Positions 10,347 through 20,144 are shown, counted from the first letter of the stretch. The stretch: DNA of 64,000 bases from an uncultured Gammaproteobacteria bacterium (GCA_964392925.1 CAYMRP010000004.1:7184-71183), one strand, 5' to 3'. Notes: a model not told the origin generated them from the sequence alone. Numbers and translations: made by a program.

Positions 10347-11351
10347 GTGAATAGCTATAAGATCGATATTTCTCATAAAACAATCTTCTTCCTTACTGCT
10401 TTCCTTGCTCTCTTGGCTGCTTTGTTCTTAATTCGCGATGTCATTATCCTGCTTTTTGTTGCGGTTATCTTTATGTCAGCCTTGTCCCCAATTGTCACTC
10501 GCCTGGAAAAATTGAAAATACCTAAAGCCCTAGCTATTGCTTTTATCTACGTAGTTATCATATCCGTTGTTGCAGCCCTTATTACCTTCGTTGTTACCCC
10601 CTTCACTGAACAAACTGCCACTCTAACTACAAATCTTCCAAAGTATCTGGTCACCATAATTCCTGAAACAGGCTTAATAGACCGTTCCGTGCTTCAGCAG
10701 GAATTTGGAAATTTCTCCAAAAATGCTCTTGAAGTCAGCTTGGCAATTTTTAACAATTTCATTGCTTTCATCTCCATCGCAGTTCTAACTTTCTATCTTC
10801 TTTTGGAACGGGATAATTTGGATAAGCTGCTATCTCAGTTTTTCCTTAGAAAAGAAGAGCGGATCACAAAAACAACCAAAAGAATTGAAGAAAAACTCGG
10901 ATCTTGGATGCGTGGACAAATAGCTTTAACCTTAATTATCGGGACAGCGTCCTACATCGGTTTAACAGCTTTAGGAGTTCCATACGCCTTGCCGCTGGCG
11001 ATTTTAGCTGGAATAATGGAAGTAATTCCTGTTATCGGACCGATTATCTCAGCAATTCCGGCAATACTAATCGCTTTTCTAATATCTCCCTTTACTGCCG
11101 GCATGGTAGCCATATTTTATTTTGTACTGCAACAGCTAGAGAATCATTTAATAGTCCCTCAGGTCATGAAGAAGGCCGTTGGTCTAAATCCATTAGTCGT
11201 TATTCTCGCCGTCGCTATCGGCGGTCGGCTTCTTGGTATCTCTGGGGCTCTTTTGGCAGTACCTATTACAGTGGTCATCCAAATAATCACTGAGGATTTA
11301 ATCACTACTGAGGAAATAGAACAAACTGAAGATAATATAATTAACGGCTAA
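10347..11351 (+). CDS. AI-2E family transporter
   Basis: IPVIGP, QQLENHLIVP and GALLAVP motifs; GTG start. Confidence 0.92.
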   Translation: MNSYKIDISHKTIFFLTAFLALLAALFLIRDVIILLFVAVIFMSALSPIVTRLEKLKIPKALAIAFIYVVIISVVAALITFVVTPFTEQTATLTTNLPKYLVTIIPETGLIDRSVLQQEFGNFSKNALEVSLAIFNNFIAFISIAVLTFYLLLERDNLDKLLSQFFLRKEERITKTTKRIEEKLGSWMRGQIALTLIIGTASYIGLTALGVPYALPLAILAGIMEVIPVIGPIISAIPAILIAFLISPFTAGMVAIFYFVLQQLENHLIVPQVMKKAVGLNPLVVILAVAIGGRLLGISGALLAVPITVVIQIITEDLITTEEIEQTEDNIING

Positions 11352-11358
11352 AATATTA

Positions 11359-11395
11359 CTCGTCTCTCGTCTCTCGTCTCTCGTCTCTCGTCTCT
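11359..11395. repeat. Perfect heptamer tandem repeat (CTCGTCT)x5
   Basis: Five exact units plus CT, read directly. Confidence 0.97.
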
Positions 11396-11403
11396 AATTT
11401 TGT

Positions 11404-11704
11404 GCCTAGGAAAATCGTAAGCCAGATTCTGTTTCTCGATGATAATTTATCTGATGACATGCTTTCGCTTGTCTGTGCTCCTTATTTCGACGATATGGCG
11501 AGCAGCCAAGTCGGTTCTAGGATTGCAGCGGGGAGGATTGCCACCTTGCGGTATCCAAAAGCTTGATCGTTTCATCCGTCGCTACTCGGTTCGTCACTGT
11601 TGCTCTAACTGGGTCTTGCGACCTCCGGCTTACACCGGACACCCTGCTCTCTGCTGTCTGGACTTTCCTCCGTCTTGCGACGGTAATCACCCATCTTCCT
11701 AGGC
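11404..11704 (-). ncRNA. rnpB: RNase P RNA (compact, about 300 nt)
   Basis: Minus strand has GAGGAAAGUCC near the 5' end and AACAGAAUCUGGCUUA near the 3' end; terminal P1 helix GCCUAGGAA/UUCCUAGGC; GCAA tetraloop hairpins. Confidence 0.96.
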
Positions 11705-11759
11705 CTGTATATTTTACCAAACATTTCCCAAAAAACCAAAATCTGGTATACATAAATTA

Positions 11760-13283
11760 ATGCTCGTTAAAGCCCTTTCGGGCGTTAATGTTGGATTCTC
11801 TCCTCAATTAGTTTCTGTTGAAATTGATATTTCTTCTCACGGCCTTCCGTCCTTTTCCATAGTTGGACTTCCGGATAAAGCTATTGATGAAGCCAAAGAC
11901 CGCGTCAGGACAGCAATTAGAAATTCCGGTTTTGATTTCCCAATGAAGCGAGTCACTATAAATTTAGCCCCGGCCGATCTTCCTAAAGAAGGCCCTCATT
12001 TTGATTTACCAATTGCTTTAGGCATCCTAACAGCCTCAGGTCAAATCGATATCAATCTCGATGATTTAATGATTCTCGGAGAACTATCTCTTGACGGTAC
12101 TCTCAGACGCACCCACGGTGTCCTACCTTTAACAATCCTGGCCAGCAAAAAAAAGCTTCAAAAAGTTTTAGTGCCTTCGGATAATGGTTCAGAAGCAGCC
12201 ATCATCTCGGGAGTCGATGTGTTCGCTCTAAAAAGTCTGACTGAAGCTGTCCGTTTTCTCTTAAAAGAAATTGAAATAACCCCCATCCCCAAAGTTGACT
12301 TCTCCACACTCGAAGAAAATATTAATCATGAATATGATTTTGCTCAAATCAAAGGTCAGGAGCAATCAAAACGTGCTTTAGAAATCTCCGCTTCAGGTGC
12401 CCACAATGTTCTAATGAAAGGCCCTCCAGGTTCTGGTAAAACCATGCTTGCCCGTTCATTTCCCTCAATCCTGCCTCCACTTTCTGAAGATGAATCAATC
12501 GAACTAACGCAGATCTATTCAATTACAGGTAATCTTTCTGATGACAATCCAGTAGTTGTAGTTCGCCCCTTTCGTTCACCCCATCACACCGCCTCTTATG
12601 TCGGCTTAATCGGTGGTGGAAATAATATTAAACCAGGTGAAATTTCTTTAGCTCATCGCGGCGTTCTTTTTCTTGATGAACTCCCTGAATTCCCCCGTCA
12701 GGTTCTAGAAGCTCTCCGCCAACCACTCGAAGATAGAAAAGTCACTATCTCGCGAGCAAACGGCACTCATTCCTATCCAGCTCAATTTATTCTGCTCGCC
12801 GCCTGTAACCCCTGTCCCTGCGGATACTATTTGAATACTAGCGGCAAATCATGCATCTGTCTTCCAGGCCAAATCTCCAATTACACCAAAAAACTTTCCG
12901 GTCCGCTTTTAGATCGCGTCGATATCCACCTCGATGTCCCCAACATAGATGTTGAAAAACTAACCAATGATGTTATCTCTGAGGATTCTAAAACCATCCG
13001 CAGCCGTGTTGTTAAAGCCCGGAAAATTCAAAACGAAAGATTCAAACAAAATGGGATTCTAACTAATTCCGAAATGACTAACGCTCTAATTAAGCAATTT
13101 TGCAAGCCCGATAAAGAGGGGATTGATCTACTCAAAATGGCCATCACGAACTTAAACCTCTCCGCCCGTTCCTATTACCGAATCTTAAAGCTCGCCCGAA
13201 CAATCGCCGATCTCGCAGAATCCGAACAAATAACGGGCAACCACATCGCCGAAGCCCTCCAATACCGCCCTAAACAAATTTAA
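11760..13283 (+). CDS. comM: YifB/ComM Mg-chelatase-like AAA+ ATPase
   Basis: VGLPD, NLAPADLPKEG, GPPGSGKT, PFRSPHH, PGEISLAHRGVLFLDE, NPCPCG. Confidence 0.96.
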   Translation: MLVKALSGVNVGFSPQLVSVEIDISSHGLPSFSIVGLPDKAIDEAKDRVRTAIRNSGFDFPMKRVTINLAPADLPKEGPHFDLPIALGILTASGQIDINLDDLMILGELSLDGTLRRTHGVLPLTILASKKKLQKVLVPSDNGSEAAIISGVDVFALKSLTEAVRFLLKEIEITPIPKVDFSTLEENINHEYDFAQIKGQEQSKRALEISASGAHNVLMKGPPGSGKTMLARSFPSILPPLSEDESIELTQIYSITGNLSDDNPVVVVRPFRSPHHTASYVGLIGGGNNIKPGEISLAHRGVLFLDELPEFPRQVLEALRQPLEDRKVTISRANGTHSYPAQFILLAACNPCPCGYYLNTSGKSCICLPGQISNYTKKLSGPLLDRVDIHLDVPNIDVEKLTNDVISEDSKTIRSRVVKARKIQNERFKQNGILTNSEMTNALIKQFCKPDKEGIDLLKMAITNLNLSARSYYRILKLARTIADLAESEQITGNHIAEALQYRPKQI

Positions 13284-13289
13284 ATTCTG

Positions 13290-13577
13290 TCAATAAATCA
13301 ACCAATATAACCAATGAAATGCTACAGGTAAAAGAATTGCTATTCCATCAAGAACAATAATGGCTACTAGAAATGTTAATGCATCGCGTAACTTCTTCTT
13401 TACAAGATAAATAATAATAGATCCCACAAGCGGTGAAATATAAATCAAGCCCCATGCGATTAAACGGGATATCTCTTTTTGACTAGATAAATCATTTGAT
13501 AGAGTAATGTGTGGGATATACAAAACAAAACTCACAAATTGAACAATTAAAACAACAATTGCCAGGAGAAGCGTCAC
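13290..13577 (-). CDS. Small hypothetical membrane protein (3 TM)
   Basis: 95-aa hydrophobic ORF. Confidence 0.6.
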   Translation of the reverse strand: MTLLLAIVVLIVQFVSFVLYIPHITLSNDLSSQKEISRLIAWGLIYISPLVGSIIIYLVKKKLRDALTFLVAIIVLDGIAILLPVAFHWLYWLIY

Positions 13578-13607
13578 CTCTTAATAGTAGCATAGAAAGT
13601 TTTTCTT

Positions 13608-13639
13608 AAAAAAATCCCCTCCGTTAGGAAGGGATTTTT
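13608..13639 (-). terminator. Intrinsic terminator (probably bidirectional)
   Basis: Minus-strand stem ATCCCTTCC/GGAGGGGAT followed by a T-run; A/T tracts on both sides. Confidence 0.85.
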
Positions 13640-13663
13640 CAGTACTAATCGTCTAAAAGACTA

Positions 13664-13807
13664 CTAGGAAGCGGCACCAATTCTGTACATTCCTGTACCA
13701 CAAGTTGGACACTCACCTTTAGAAGCGGGCTTACCATTCTTCATGGTGACCTGCTGAACATTCTTAGCTTCTCTTTTAGTGCGACATTTAACACAATACA
13801 TTTGCAT
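13664..13807 (-). CDS. 47-aa zinc-ribbon protein (DUF5679-like), not in ORF track
   Basis: MQMYCVKCRTKREAKNVQQVTMKNGKPASKGECPTCGTGMYRIGAAS; two CxxC; strong SD GGGGGTGA; own terminator. Confidence 0.9.
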   Translation of the reverse strand: MQMYCVKCRTKREAKNVQQVTMKNGKPASKGECPTCGTGMYRIGAAS

Positions 13808-13899
13808 TTTAAAAGATCACCCCCTCTCAAAAGGATTTTTTGTTATCGGCGTAAGGCAAATATAAAATCTGCTTTAGACGAAAATCTCAAGCTGACTAA

Positions 13900-14154
13900 T
13901 TAAAATAATTTAATTAAGCCGTTTCGGTTTGCAAAGAATAAGGAGAATTGAATTCCGAGTGCTAAAAAGGATAAAACAGATATCTTCAACAAGTCCGACT
14001 TTAAATTAATAGAATCAAGAGTTGCTGCCGGATTCTTTGAAGTTGAAAGCTTTGGGTTCTGTGTTGGGCTAAGTTTATATGTCGAATCATCTTTTCCGAA
14101 GAGTTGTTGTTTTAACTGTTCAAGCTTTTTTTGTTCTAGGGTGACAGAAGCCAT
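13900..14154 (-). CDS. Hypothetical protein with C-terminal TM helix
   Basis: Likely start MASVTLEQKK; single C-terminal hydrophobic segment. Confidence 0.65.
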   Translation of the reverse strand: MASVTLEQKKLEQLKQQLFGKDDSTYKLSPTQNPKLSTSKNPAATLDSINLKSDLLKISVLSFLALGIQFSLFFANRNGLIKLF

Positions 14155-14251
14155 GTGTGTCTTCGAGCCTATCACGCACAAAGTCTGCTTGTCAAGCTCT
14201 GTATTGGTCACAAGTTGACTTGGTTTAATCAAACTGATTTACTTAATTTGA

Positions 14252-16441
14252 ATGAGGTTGGATCAAAAAGGCTTTGCCCATATTCTTTTAATACTTTTTC
14301 TGATTCTGGCGATAGCAGGAGGCGTTTTCTTAGTTCAGCAAAAAACTAATATTTTTCCTTTCGCTAAAGAACCTACATCTTCTCTTCCCGGTTCAATTCC
14401 GCCAGGTTCTTTAGAAGAAAATGATGATTATTTTGCTACAGCTGTGCTGCCCAATCCGGCAACTTATGACTCAAGTACAAAAAAAGCAAATCAGCAGATC
14501 CAAGAGCAGAATTTGTTTTCGGCTTTAACTTTAAAACCTAATATTGTCTTCATAATCACCGATGACCAACCGGTAAATACTCTCGGTATAAATGGAAATA
14601 ACATTATTAAAACTCCAAACATCGATTCTCTTGGAGACAAAGGAGTCAATTTTAAGAATATGTATGTTCCATTGGGGATTTGTAGTCAGTCCAGAGCCAG
14701 TATTTGGACCGGTAAATTACCCCATAGCCATGGTGTAACTCAGCTTGGGTTTATCCTACCTCCTGATCAAATAACTCTACCAGAGATCCTAAAAGCTAAC
14801 GGGTATAACACTGCCATGATTGGAAAGTGTCATTTAGGTGATCCGGCAGATCCTCAACTCTACCAAAGAGGGTTTGATCAACGGTTAATTGCCTTACCCG
14901 ATAACGGAACTGTTCCTGATTGGTACAATTATCAGCTATTAAGAAATGGAGTTGTAGAAAACCATACAGAATACATTACTGATTATCTGACGACTGAATC
15001 GGTGAGTTACATAAAATCAAAAGCTCAGGAGTATAGATCTACTAAAAAACCATTTTTTCTCTGGCTGGCCCATCCGGCACCGCACTCTCCTTTAATTCCA
15101 CCTAAAGGTAGTAATAGATACAATCTTGACCAAATTCCATTGCCTGTCAGTATTAATAATGACATTACGACAAAATCTCCTCTAATTAATGCTACAAGAA
15201 TGCATAAGAAATTCCTTGAAATGGGACCGGATGGGGTGAGAGCCAAATTAAAAGATGCTTACGAAGTAATTTCTAATATTGATGATAATGTCGGCCGAAT
15301 TAATCAGGTTCTTGAGGAACAGGGCATTAAAGATGACACTGTCGTAGTTTATGTTTCAGATAACGGTTTCTTTTACGGTGAACATCAGATGTATTCTAAA
15401 GGTCCGTTTGCCTTTGAAGAACAAGTTAAAGTGCCTTTTATCATTTCCTACCCAAAACTTACAACTTCAAAAAAAACAACAGAAACACTTGCCTCATCAA
15501 TTGATATTATGCCAACCCTCTTAGAGCTTGCCGGCATTCCACAGCCTTCAACCATTCAAGGTAAAAGTTTTGTTCCCACCCTTAAAGATTCGAACAGTAT
15601 CCACCGTCAATCGGTTTATTTTGAGAGCTTTTTCCGCGATCCGGACGGAGGCTGCTTAGTTCATCCGTTAAGAGCTATTCGGTACGGGGAGTATAAATTA
15701 ATTCATACTATTGAAGGAACATATTATGGAACACGTTGCCCGGGGTTTGATATTTTAGGCGACGACATAACTTTGGATGGGTATGATAATGAACTATATA
15801 ATTTAAAAGATGACCCATATGAAATGCATAATCTCCTTACAAGAAACGGACCTTCGGATAATCCACTTGAACGTCTGCTCACAGATCCGACTTTAGGAAA
15901 GATCATTCAAAAACTAAGAAAGGAACGGGCGATTTGGGCTACAGATACCAAAGACTCAAAGACTTTTATCTTAACTGATGGCAAAGTTAGTGCTTTAAGT
16001 ACTACATCCTTAGAAGTTAGCTGGAAGGTTAATACCGGTAATCCTACAGCCGAAATAGAATACCAGGAAAAAAACTGTCAAGGTTGCCCGGTAATGCAGC
16101 TTGATGATTTTAGTCACAATCCTAGAGAGTATAAATATACGTTGCCAAACCTTAAGCCTGATACCTCCTATACAATTCGGATCTTTAGCTTTGGCGCAAG
16201 AGGTATTGGAGGATATATGGATCTTGAAGGCACTACGACCCCCGGGCAAAATTCACCGGTTCCCTCACCAACCCCTGTCGGCAAAGCAGGTGATATAGAT
16301 AAGGATGGTGATGTAGATATTTTTGATTTCAATTCTTTTATCCAAGATTTTATTAATAAGAACTTAAGATCGGATTTAAATAAGGACGGGAAAGTAAATA
16401 TATTTGATTACAATCTGTTTATCCAAAGTTATCCGAATTGA
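14252..16441 (+). CDS. Surface sulfatase-family protein with pilin-like N-terminus, FN3 and dockerin-like C-terminus
   Basis: KPNIVFIITDDQ, CSQSRASIWTG, GKCHLG, SDNG, KG..FEE; LKPDTSYTIRI (FN3); duplicated DxDxDGxVxIFD loops. Confidence 0.9.
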   Translation: MRLDQKGFAHILLILFLILAIAGGVFLVQQKTNIFPFAKEPTSSLPGSIPPGSLEENDDYFATAVLPNPATYDSSTKKANQQIQEQNLFSALTLKPNIVFIITDDQPVNTLGINGNNIIKTPNIDSLGDKGVNFKNMYVPLGICSQSRASIWTGKLPHSHGVTQLGFILPPDQITLPEILKANGYNTAMIGKCHLGDPADPQLYQRGFDQRLIALPDNGTVPDWYNYQLLRNGVVENHTEYITDYLTTESVSYIKSKAQEYRSTKKPFFLWLAHPAPHSPLIPPKGSNRYNLDQIPLPVSINNDITTKSPLINATRMHKKFLEMGPDGVRAKLKDAYEVISNIDDNVGRINQVLEEQGIKDDTVVVYVSDNGFFYGEHQMYSKGPFAFEEQVKVPFIISYPKLTTSKKTTETLASSIDIMPTLLELAGIPQPSTIQGKSFVPTLKDSNSIHRQSVYFESFFRDPDGGCLVHPLRAIRYGEYKLIHTIEGTYYGTRCPGFDILGDDITLDGYDNELYNLKDDPYEMHNLLTRNGPSDNPLERLLTDPTLGKIIQKLRKERAIWATDTKDSKTFILTDGKVSALSTTSLEVSWKVNTGNPTAEIEYQEKNCQGCPVMQLDDFSHNPREYKYTLPNLKPDTSYTIRIFSFGARGIGGYMDLEGTTTPGQNSPVPSPTPVGKAGDIDKDGDVDIFDFNSFIQDFINKNLRSDLNKDGKVNIFDYNLFIQSYPN

Positions 16442-16442
16442 T

Positions 16443-16472
16443 TTGACAACAATCTTTTAAAACCTGTATATT
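16443..16472 (+). promoter_or_regulatory. Sigma70-like promoter
   Basis: TTGACA-18nt-TATATT upstream of the ORF at 16487. Confidence 0.55.
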
Positions 16473-16486
16473 TAAAAAACAACTTT

Positions 16487-16945
16487 ATGTATTCGGTGTG
16501 GGCAGTCGCCGCAATAGTTGGGATTTTGGTATGGCTTGGAATCCTAACTTTCATAGTTTTTAGCCAACGTAATTTCTTAAAAGATTTATTTCCTAAAGAC
16601 AACAGTCGGGACATCAGAAATAAGTTTAAAGAAGTTCTCGAAGCTATTTCGGGGTTTGAAAAAAACAATCAAATCTTGGAGAATAGATTAGTAGGGTTTA
16701 AAAGAGACAGTCTGGAAAATTATTCTAAACTGGCTGTTTTAAAATATAATCCCTATAACGATACCGGTGGGGACCAGAGTTTTTCTTTGGCATTACTTAA
16801 TGGTAAGATGGATGGAGTGGTGATAACCAGTCTTCACTCAAGAAATAGCACTCGGATATATCTGAAGAATATAAAGATAGGTAAGAGTGAGTTAGAGCTC
16901 TCGAAAGAGGAATCTAAAGTTTTAAAGGATGCGCTTGAAAGTTAA
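16487..16945 (+). CDS. DUF4446 family membrane-anchored protein
   Basis: YNPYNDTGGDQSFSLALL, GVVITSLHSR, LSKEE motifs. Confidence 0.85.
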   Translation: MYSVWAVAAIVGILVWLGILTFIVFSQRNFLKDLFPKDNSRDIRNKFKEVLEAISGFEKNNQILENRLVGFKRDSLENYSKLAVLKYNPYNDTGGDQSFSLALLNGKMDGVVITSLHSRNSTRIYLKNIKIGKSELELSKEESKVLKDALES

Positions 16946-16948
16946 TTT

Positions 16949-18148
16949 ATGAGAAGTTTTTTTGAAAATCTGACCAAAGCTCAAAAGATTCTAGTTTTAG
17001 TAATAATGGCTGTGGTTCTCTATACAGTCTCAGCCGGGGTGTCCTTCACCATCTTCTCCAATTCATCAGGCGGCTCCAGCAAAATGGCTTCTGGTGATAA
17101 ATCCGTTATTCCTGGATCATCTGGAATAGAACAGGAAGACCCTTCACTTCCCAGAACCGAAGTCTGTCCTCTAAACGGTAATCTTCATACTAAACCTGCC
17201 AAAGAAGCTTGGGATAAAAGACGGCCTCTGGCAGTCATGATCGAGAATCATCAGGAATCCAGGCCTCAATCAGGCTTGTCTTCTGCCGACGTAGTTTATG
17301 AAACTGTAGCTGAAGGTGGAATAACAAGATTCATGGGAATGTATCTGTGCTCCTTTGGAGATGTTCAGGTTGGTCCGGTTCGTTCAGCCAGAACCTATTT
17401 CCTCGATTGGCTTTCAGAATATGATCCGCTCTACGCCCACGTTGGAGGTGCTAACACTCCTGGACCTGCTAATGCCTTAGGCCAAATTATTGACTACAAA
17501 ATCAAAGACTTAAATCAATTCGGTATCGGTTACCCAACATTCTGGAGAGATTACCAAAGATTAGGTAGACCTGTTGCCACCGAACACACCATGTACAGTA
17601 CTACTAAAAAACTTTGGGAGATTGGTGAGAAAAAAGGCTGGGGAGTCGCCGATAGTCTAGGTGTTAGATGGGATAAAAACTTCGTACCTTGGAAATTCTT
17701 AAAGAAAGATGAAGCAGTCAATACCGGTAGTCCTGCTACTAAAATGACTGTTAACTTCTGGGAGTCCCAATCAGACTATCAGGTTGAATGGAATTATGAT
17801 CAAACCTGCAATTGTTATAAAAGAAAAAATGGTGGCAGTGGTCATACTGATCTAAATACCAAACAACAACTCTCACCCGTCACAGTTGTTGTTCAGTTTA
17901 TGAAAGAATCCCGGGCAAACGACGGCTATGAAGGTAACGCCCATCTTCTATATGCTAACAAAGGCCCTCAGGCTCCGACTGGCAAGGCTCTAATCTTCAT
18001 GAATGGTAAAGTAATCAAAGGCACTTGGAATAAAGCTAACCGCTTAGCCCGCGAGGTCTTCAAGGACGAAGCTGGTCAGGAAATCTCCTTTGTTCCAGGC
18101 CAAATCTGGATTCAAACTGTCCCTGAAGGCAGCTCCGTTACCTACTAA
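16949..18148 (+). CDS. DUF3048 (YerB-like) membrane-anchored protein
   Basis: RPLAVMIEN, RPQSGLSSADVVYE, AEGGITR, GPVRSAR. Confidence 0.9.
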   Translation: MRSFFENLTKAQKILVLVIMAVVLYTVSAGVSFTIFSNSSGGSSKMASGDKSVIPGSSGIEQEDPSLPRTEVCPLNGNLHTKPAKEAWDKRRPLAVMIENHQESRPQSGLSSADVVYETVAEGGITRFMGMYLCSFGDVQVGPVRSARTYFLDWLSEYDPLYAHVGGANTPGPANALGQIIDYKIKDLNQFGIGYPTFWRDYQRLGRPVATEHTMYSTTKKLWEIGEKKGWGVADSLGVRWDKNFVPWKFLKKDEAVNTGSPATKMTVNFWESQSDYQVEWNYDQTCNCYKRKNGGSGHTDLNTKQQLSPVTVVVQFMKESRANDGYEGNAHLLYANKGPQAPTGKALIFMNGKVIKGTWNKANRLAREVFKDEAGQEISFVPGQIWIQTVPEGSSVTY

Positions 18149-18230
18149 TCCCTTAGAATTCTAGCTGATGTATTTACTTAATTGAGGAACTTTGGTATAC
18201 AATAGTTCTAAGTTAGGTTATAAATTAAGT

Positions 18231-18815
18231 ATGGAAGAGCTCTTCGTTTCTAAAGTCCGGGTTAAAATACTACAACTGTTCTTAACCAGCCGCGATGATT
18301 TAATGCACGTTCGGGATATGGTTCGCCGTGTTGATGAAGAAATTAATGCCGTAAGACGAGAACTTGCCCGTATGGAGAAATTTGGTATGGTTTCCTCAGA
18401 GTGGCGTGCCAATAGACGCTTCTATAGATTCCGCAAAGAGTATCGCTTTTATCATGAATTATTAGGTTTGGTTGTAAAGTCAACTGGCCTTGGCGGAGGC
18501 ATAATTAAAAATAAAGCGTCACTTGGTAAAATAAAATACGCCATAATGGCAGTCAGATTTGCTCAAAACGGCGAATCTGGTCCGGAGGATGTCGATCTGT
18601 TAGTAGTCGGTCAAATCGTCCTTCCGACTCTTCAATCACTAGTTGCTGACGAACAATCCAAAAGAGATAAAGAAATAAATTATTCCTATATGGATGAAGC
18701 TGAGTTTAACTTTAGAGTCAAAAGACGAGATCCTTTTATTCTTAAAATATTAACCCAGCCTAGAATAATGTTAATTGGCGATGAAACATCACTAATGAGT
18801 AATGTTATTGTCTAG
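18231..18815 (+). CDS. Winged-HTH protein with C-terminal nucleotidyltransferase-like domain
   Basis: LFVSKVRVKIL..INAVRREL HTH; DVDLLVVG motif; ATG at 18231 preferred. Confidence 0.75.
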   Translation: MEELFVSKVRVKILQLFLTSRDDLMHVRDMVRRVDEEINAVRRELARMEKFGMVSSEWRANRRFYRFRKEYRFYHELLGLVVKSTGLGGGIIKNKASLGKIKYAIMAVRFAQNGESGPEDVDLLVVGQIVLPTLQSLVADEQSKRDKEINYSYMDEAEFNFRVKRRDPFILKILTQPRIMLIGDETSLMSNVIV

Positions 18816-18839
18816 TCATTTTCCGTTAAGATTTAAATT

Positions 18840-20144
18840 ATGAGATTTAGGTTCTGGCTCATTTTAATATTAGTTCTGCTGGCCAGCTATGCTATCGCCC
18901 CTAAAATAAATCTTCCTCAGACCCTAAAAATCCCTTATTTCAATTACGAGTTAACTAGTCTCGCCGGTAATTTTCCGTTGAAACTAGGCTTAGATCTTCA
19001 GGGCGGAACTCAGTTAGTTCTTCAGGCAAAAATGGATCAAATCGCTTCTGAGAGCCGCGATAATGCTCTCGAGTCCGCCAAAGAGGTTATCGAGCGCCGT
19101 GTCAATTTATTTGGCGTTTCTGAGTCTCTTATTCAAACTTCAAAAATAGGTGATAATCGTAGGATCCTGGTTGATCTACCTGGTGTCAAAGATGCTTCAG
19201 AAGCCGCTGACTTGGTCGGTAAAACCGCCCTCCTGGAATTCCGTGAATTAGTCGCCACCGACTCAGCTGAAGCTTCAGGCTCAGGTATGACTGATGCTCC
19301 TACCGGACTGACTGGCGCAGATCTTAAAAAAGCTCAGGTGGTTTTTTCTCAGGGCGGCGGAAACTCCGGTGCTCAAGTCTCAATTGAATTTAGTCCCGAA
19401 GGCTCCCAAAAATTTGCTGAAATAACCAAAAGAAACATCGGTAAGCCGCTTGCTATCTTTCTAGATAATGAATACATTTCAGCTCCAACTGTTCAGCAGG
19501 AAATAATTGGTGGAAACGCTGTAATCTCCGGCAATTTCTCAACAGAAGAAGCCAAATCTCTTTCAATTCAGTTAAACGCTGGTGCCTTACCCGTTCCAAT
19601 AGAAATAGTCGAACAACGGGTTATTGGTCCCTCTCTTGGCGCTGAGTCAGTTAAAGCCAGTGTTATCGCTGGTGTGATTGGTTTAATAACCATCATGCTC
19701 TATATGGCAGTTTATTACGGATTATGGGGAATCATTGCCGACATCGCCTTGATTATCTATACCATTTTTGTCTTAGCAATCTTTAAAACCGGCTTGTTCT
19801 TAATTCCCCCTGTAACTTTAACACTTCCTGGAATTGCCGGATTCATCCTTTCAATCGGTATGGCGGTTGATGCGAATATTCTTATTTTTGAAAGAATGAA
19901 AGAAGAATTAAGATGGGGTAAATCCCGCCGGCAGGCTTTAGAGTTAGGTTTTGATAGAGCTTGGTCATCAATCAGAGATTCGAACATTTCCTCACTATTA
20001 ACTGCGGCAATACTTTACTTTATTGGAACTGGTCTTGTTAAGGGCTTTGCTATTACTCTGGCGATCGGTGTTCTCGTTTCAATGTTCACTGCAATTTCAG
20101 TTACCCGCACGATTCTAAAACTAATTATAAAAAATAAGAAATAA
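18840..20144 (+). CDS. secD: Protein translocase subunit SecD
   Basis: LGLDLQGG, GALPVP, IGPSLG, GMAVDANILIFER, IRDSN. Confidence 0.98.
   Translation: MRFRFWLILILVLLASYAIAPKINLPQTLKIPYFNYELTSLAGNFPLKLGLDLQGGTQLVLQAKMDQIASESRDNALESAKEVIERRVNLFGVSESLIQTSKIGDNRRILVDLPGVKDASEAADLVGKTALLEFRELVATDSAEASGSGMTDAPTGLTGADLKKAQVVFSQGGGNSGAQVSIEFSPEGSQKFAEITKRNIGKPLAIFLDNEYISAPTVQQEIIGGNAVISGNFSTEEAKSLSIQLNAGALPVPIEIVEQRVIGPSLGAESVKASVIAGVIGLITIMLYMAVYYGLWGIIADIALIIYTIFVLAIFKTGLFLIPPVTLTLPGIAGFILSIGMAVDANILIFERMKEELRWGKSRRQALELGFDRAWSSIRDSNISSLLTAAILYFIGTGLVKGFAITLAIGVLVSMFTAISVTRTILKLIIKNKK

Noticed and set aside
11359-11395. Possible CRISPR array
   Set aside because: Contiguous 7-mers with no spacers and no cas genes in the window
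11439-11760. Three overlapping short ORFs (87, 78 and 65 aa)
   Set aside because: They overlap the RNase P RNA gene, whose higher GC content explains the open frames
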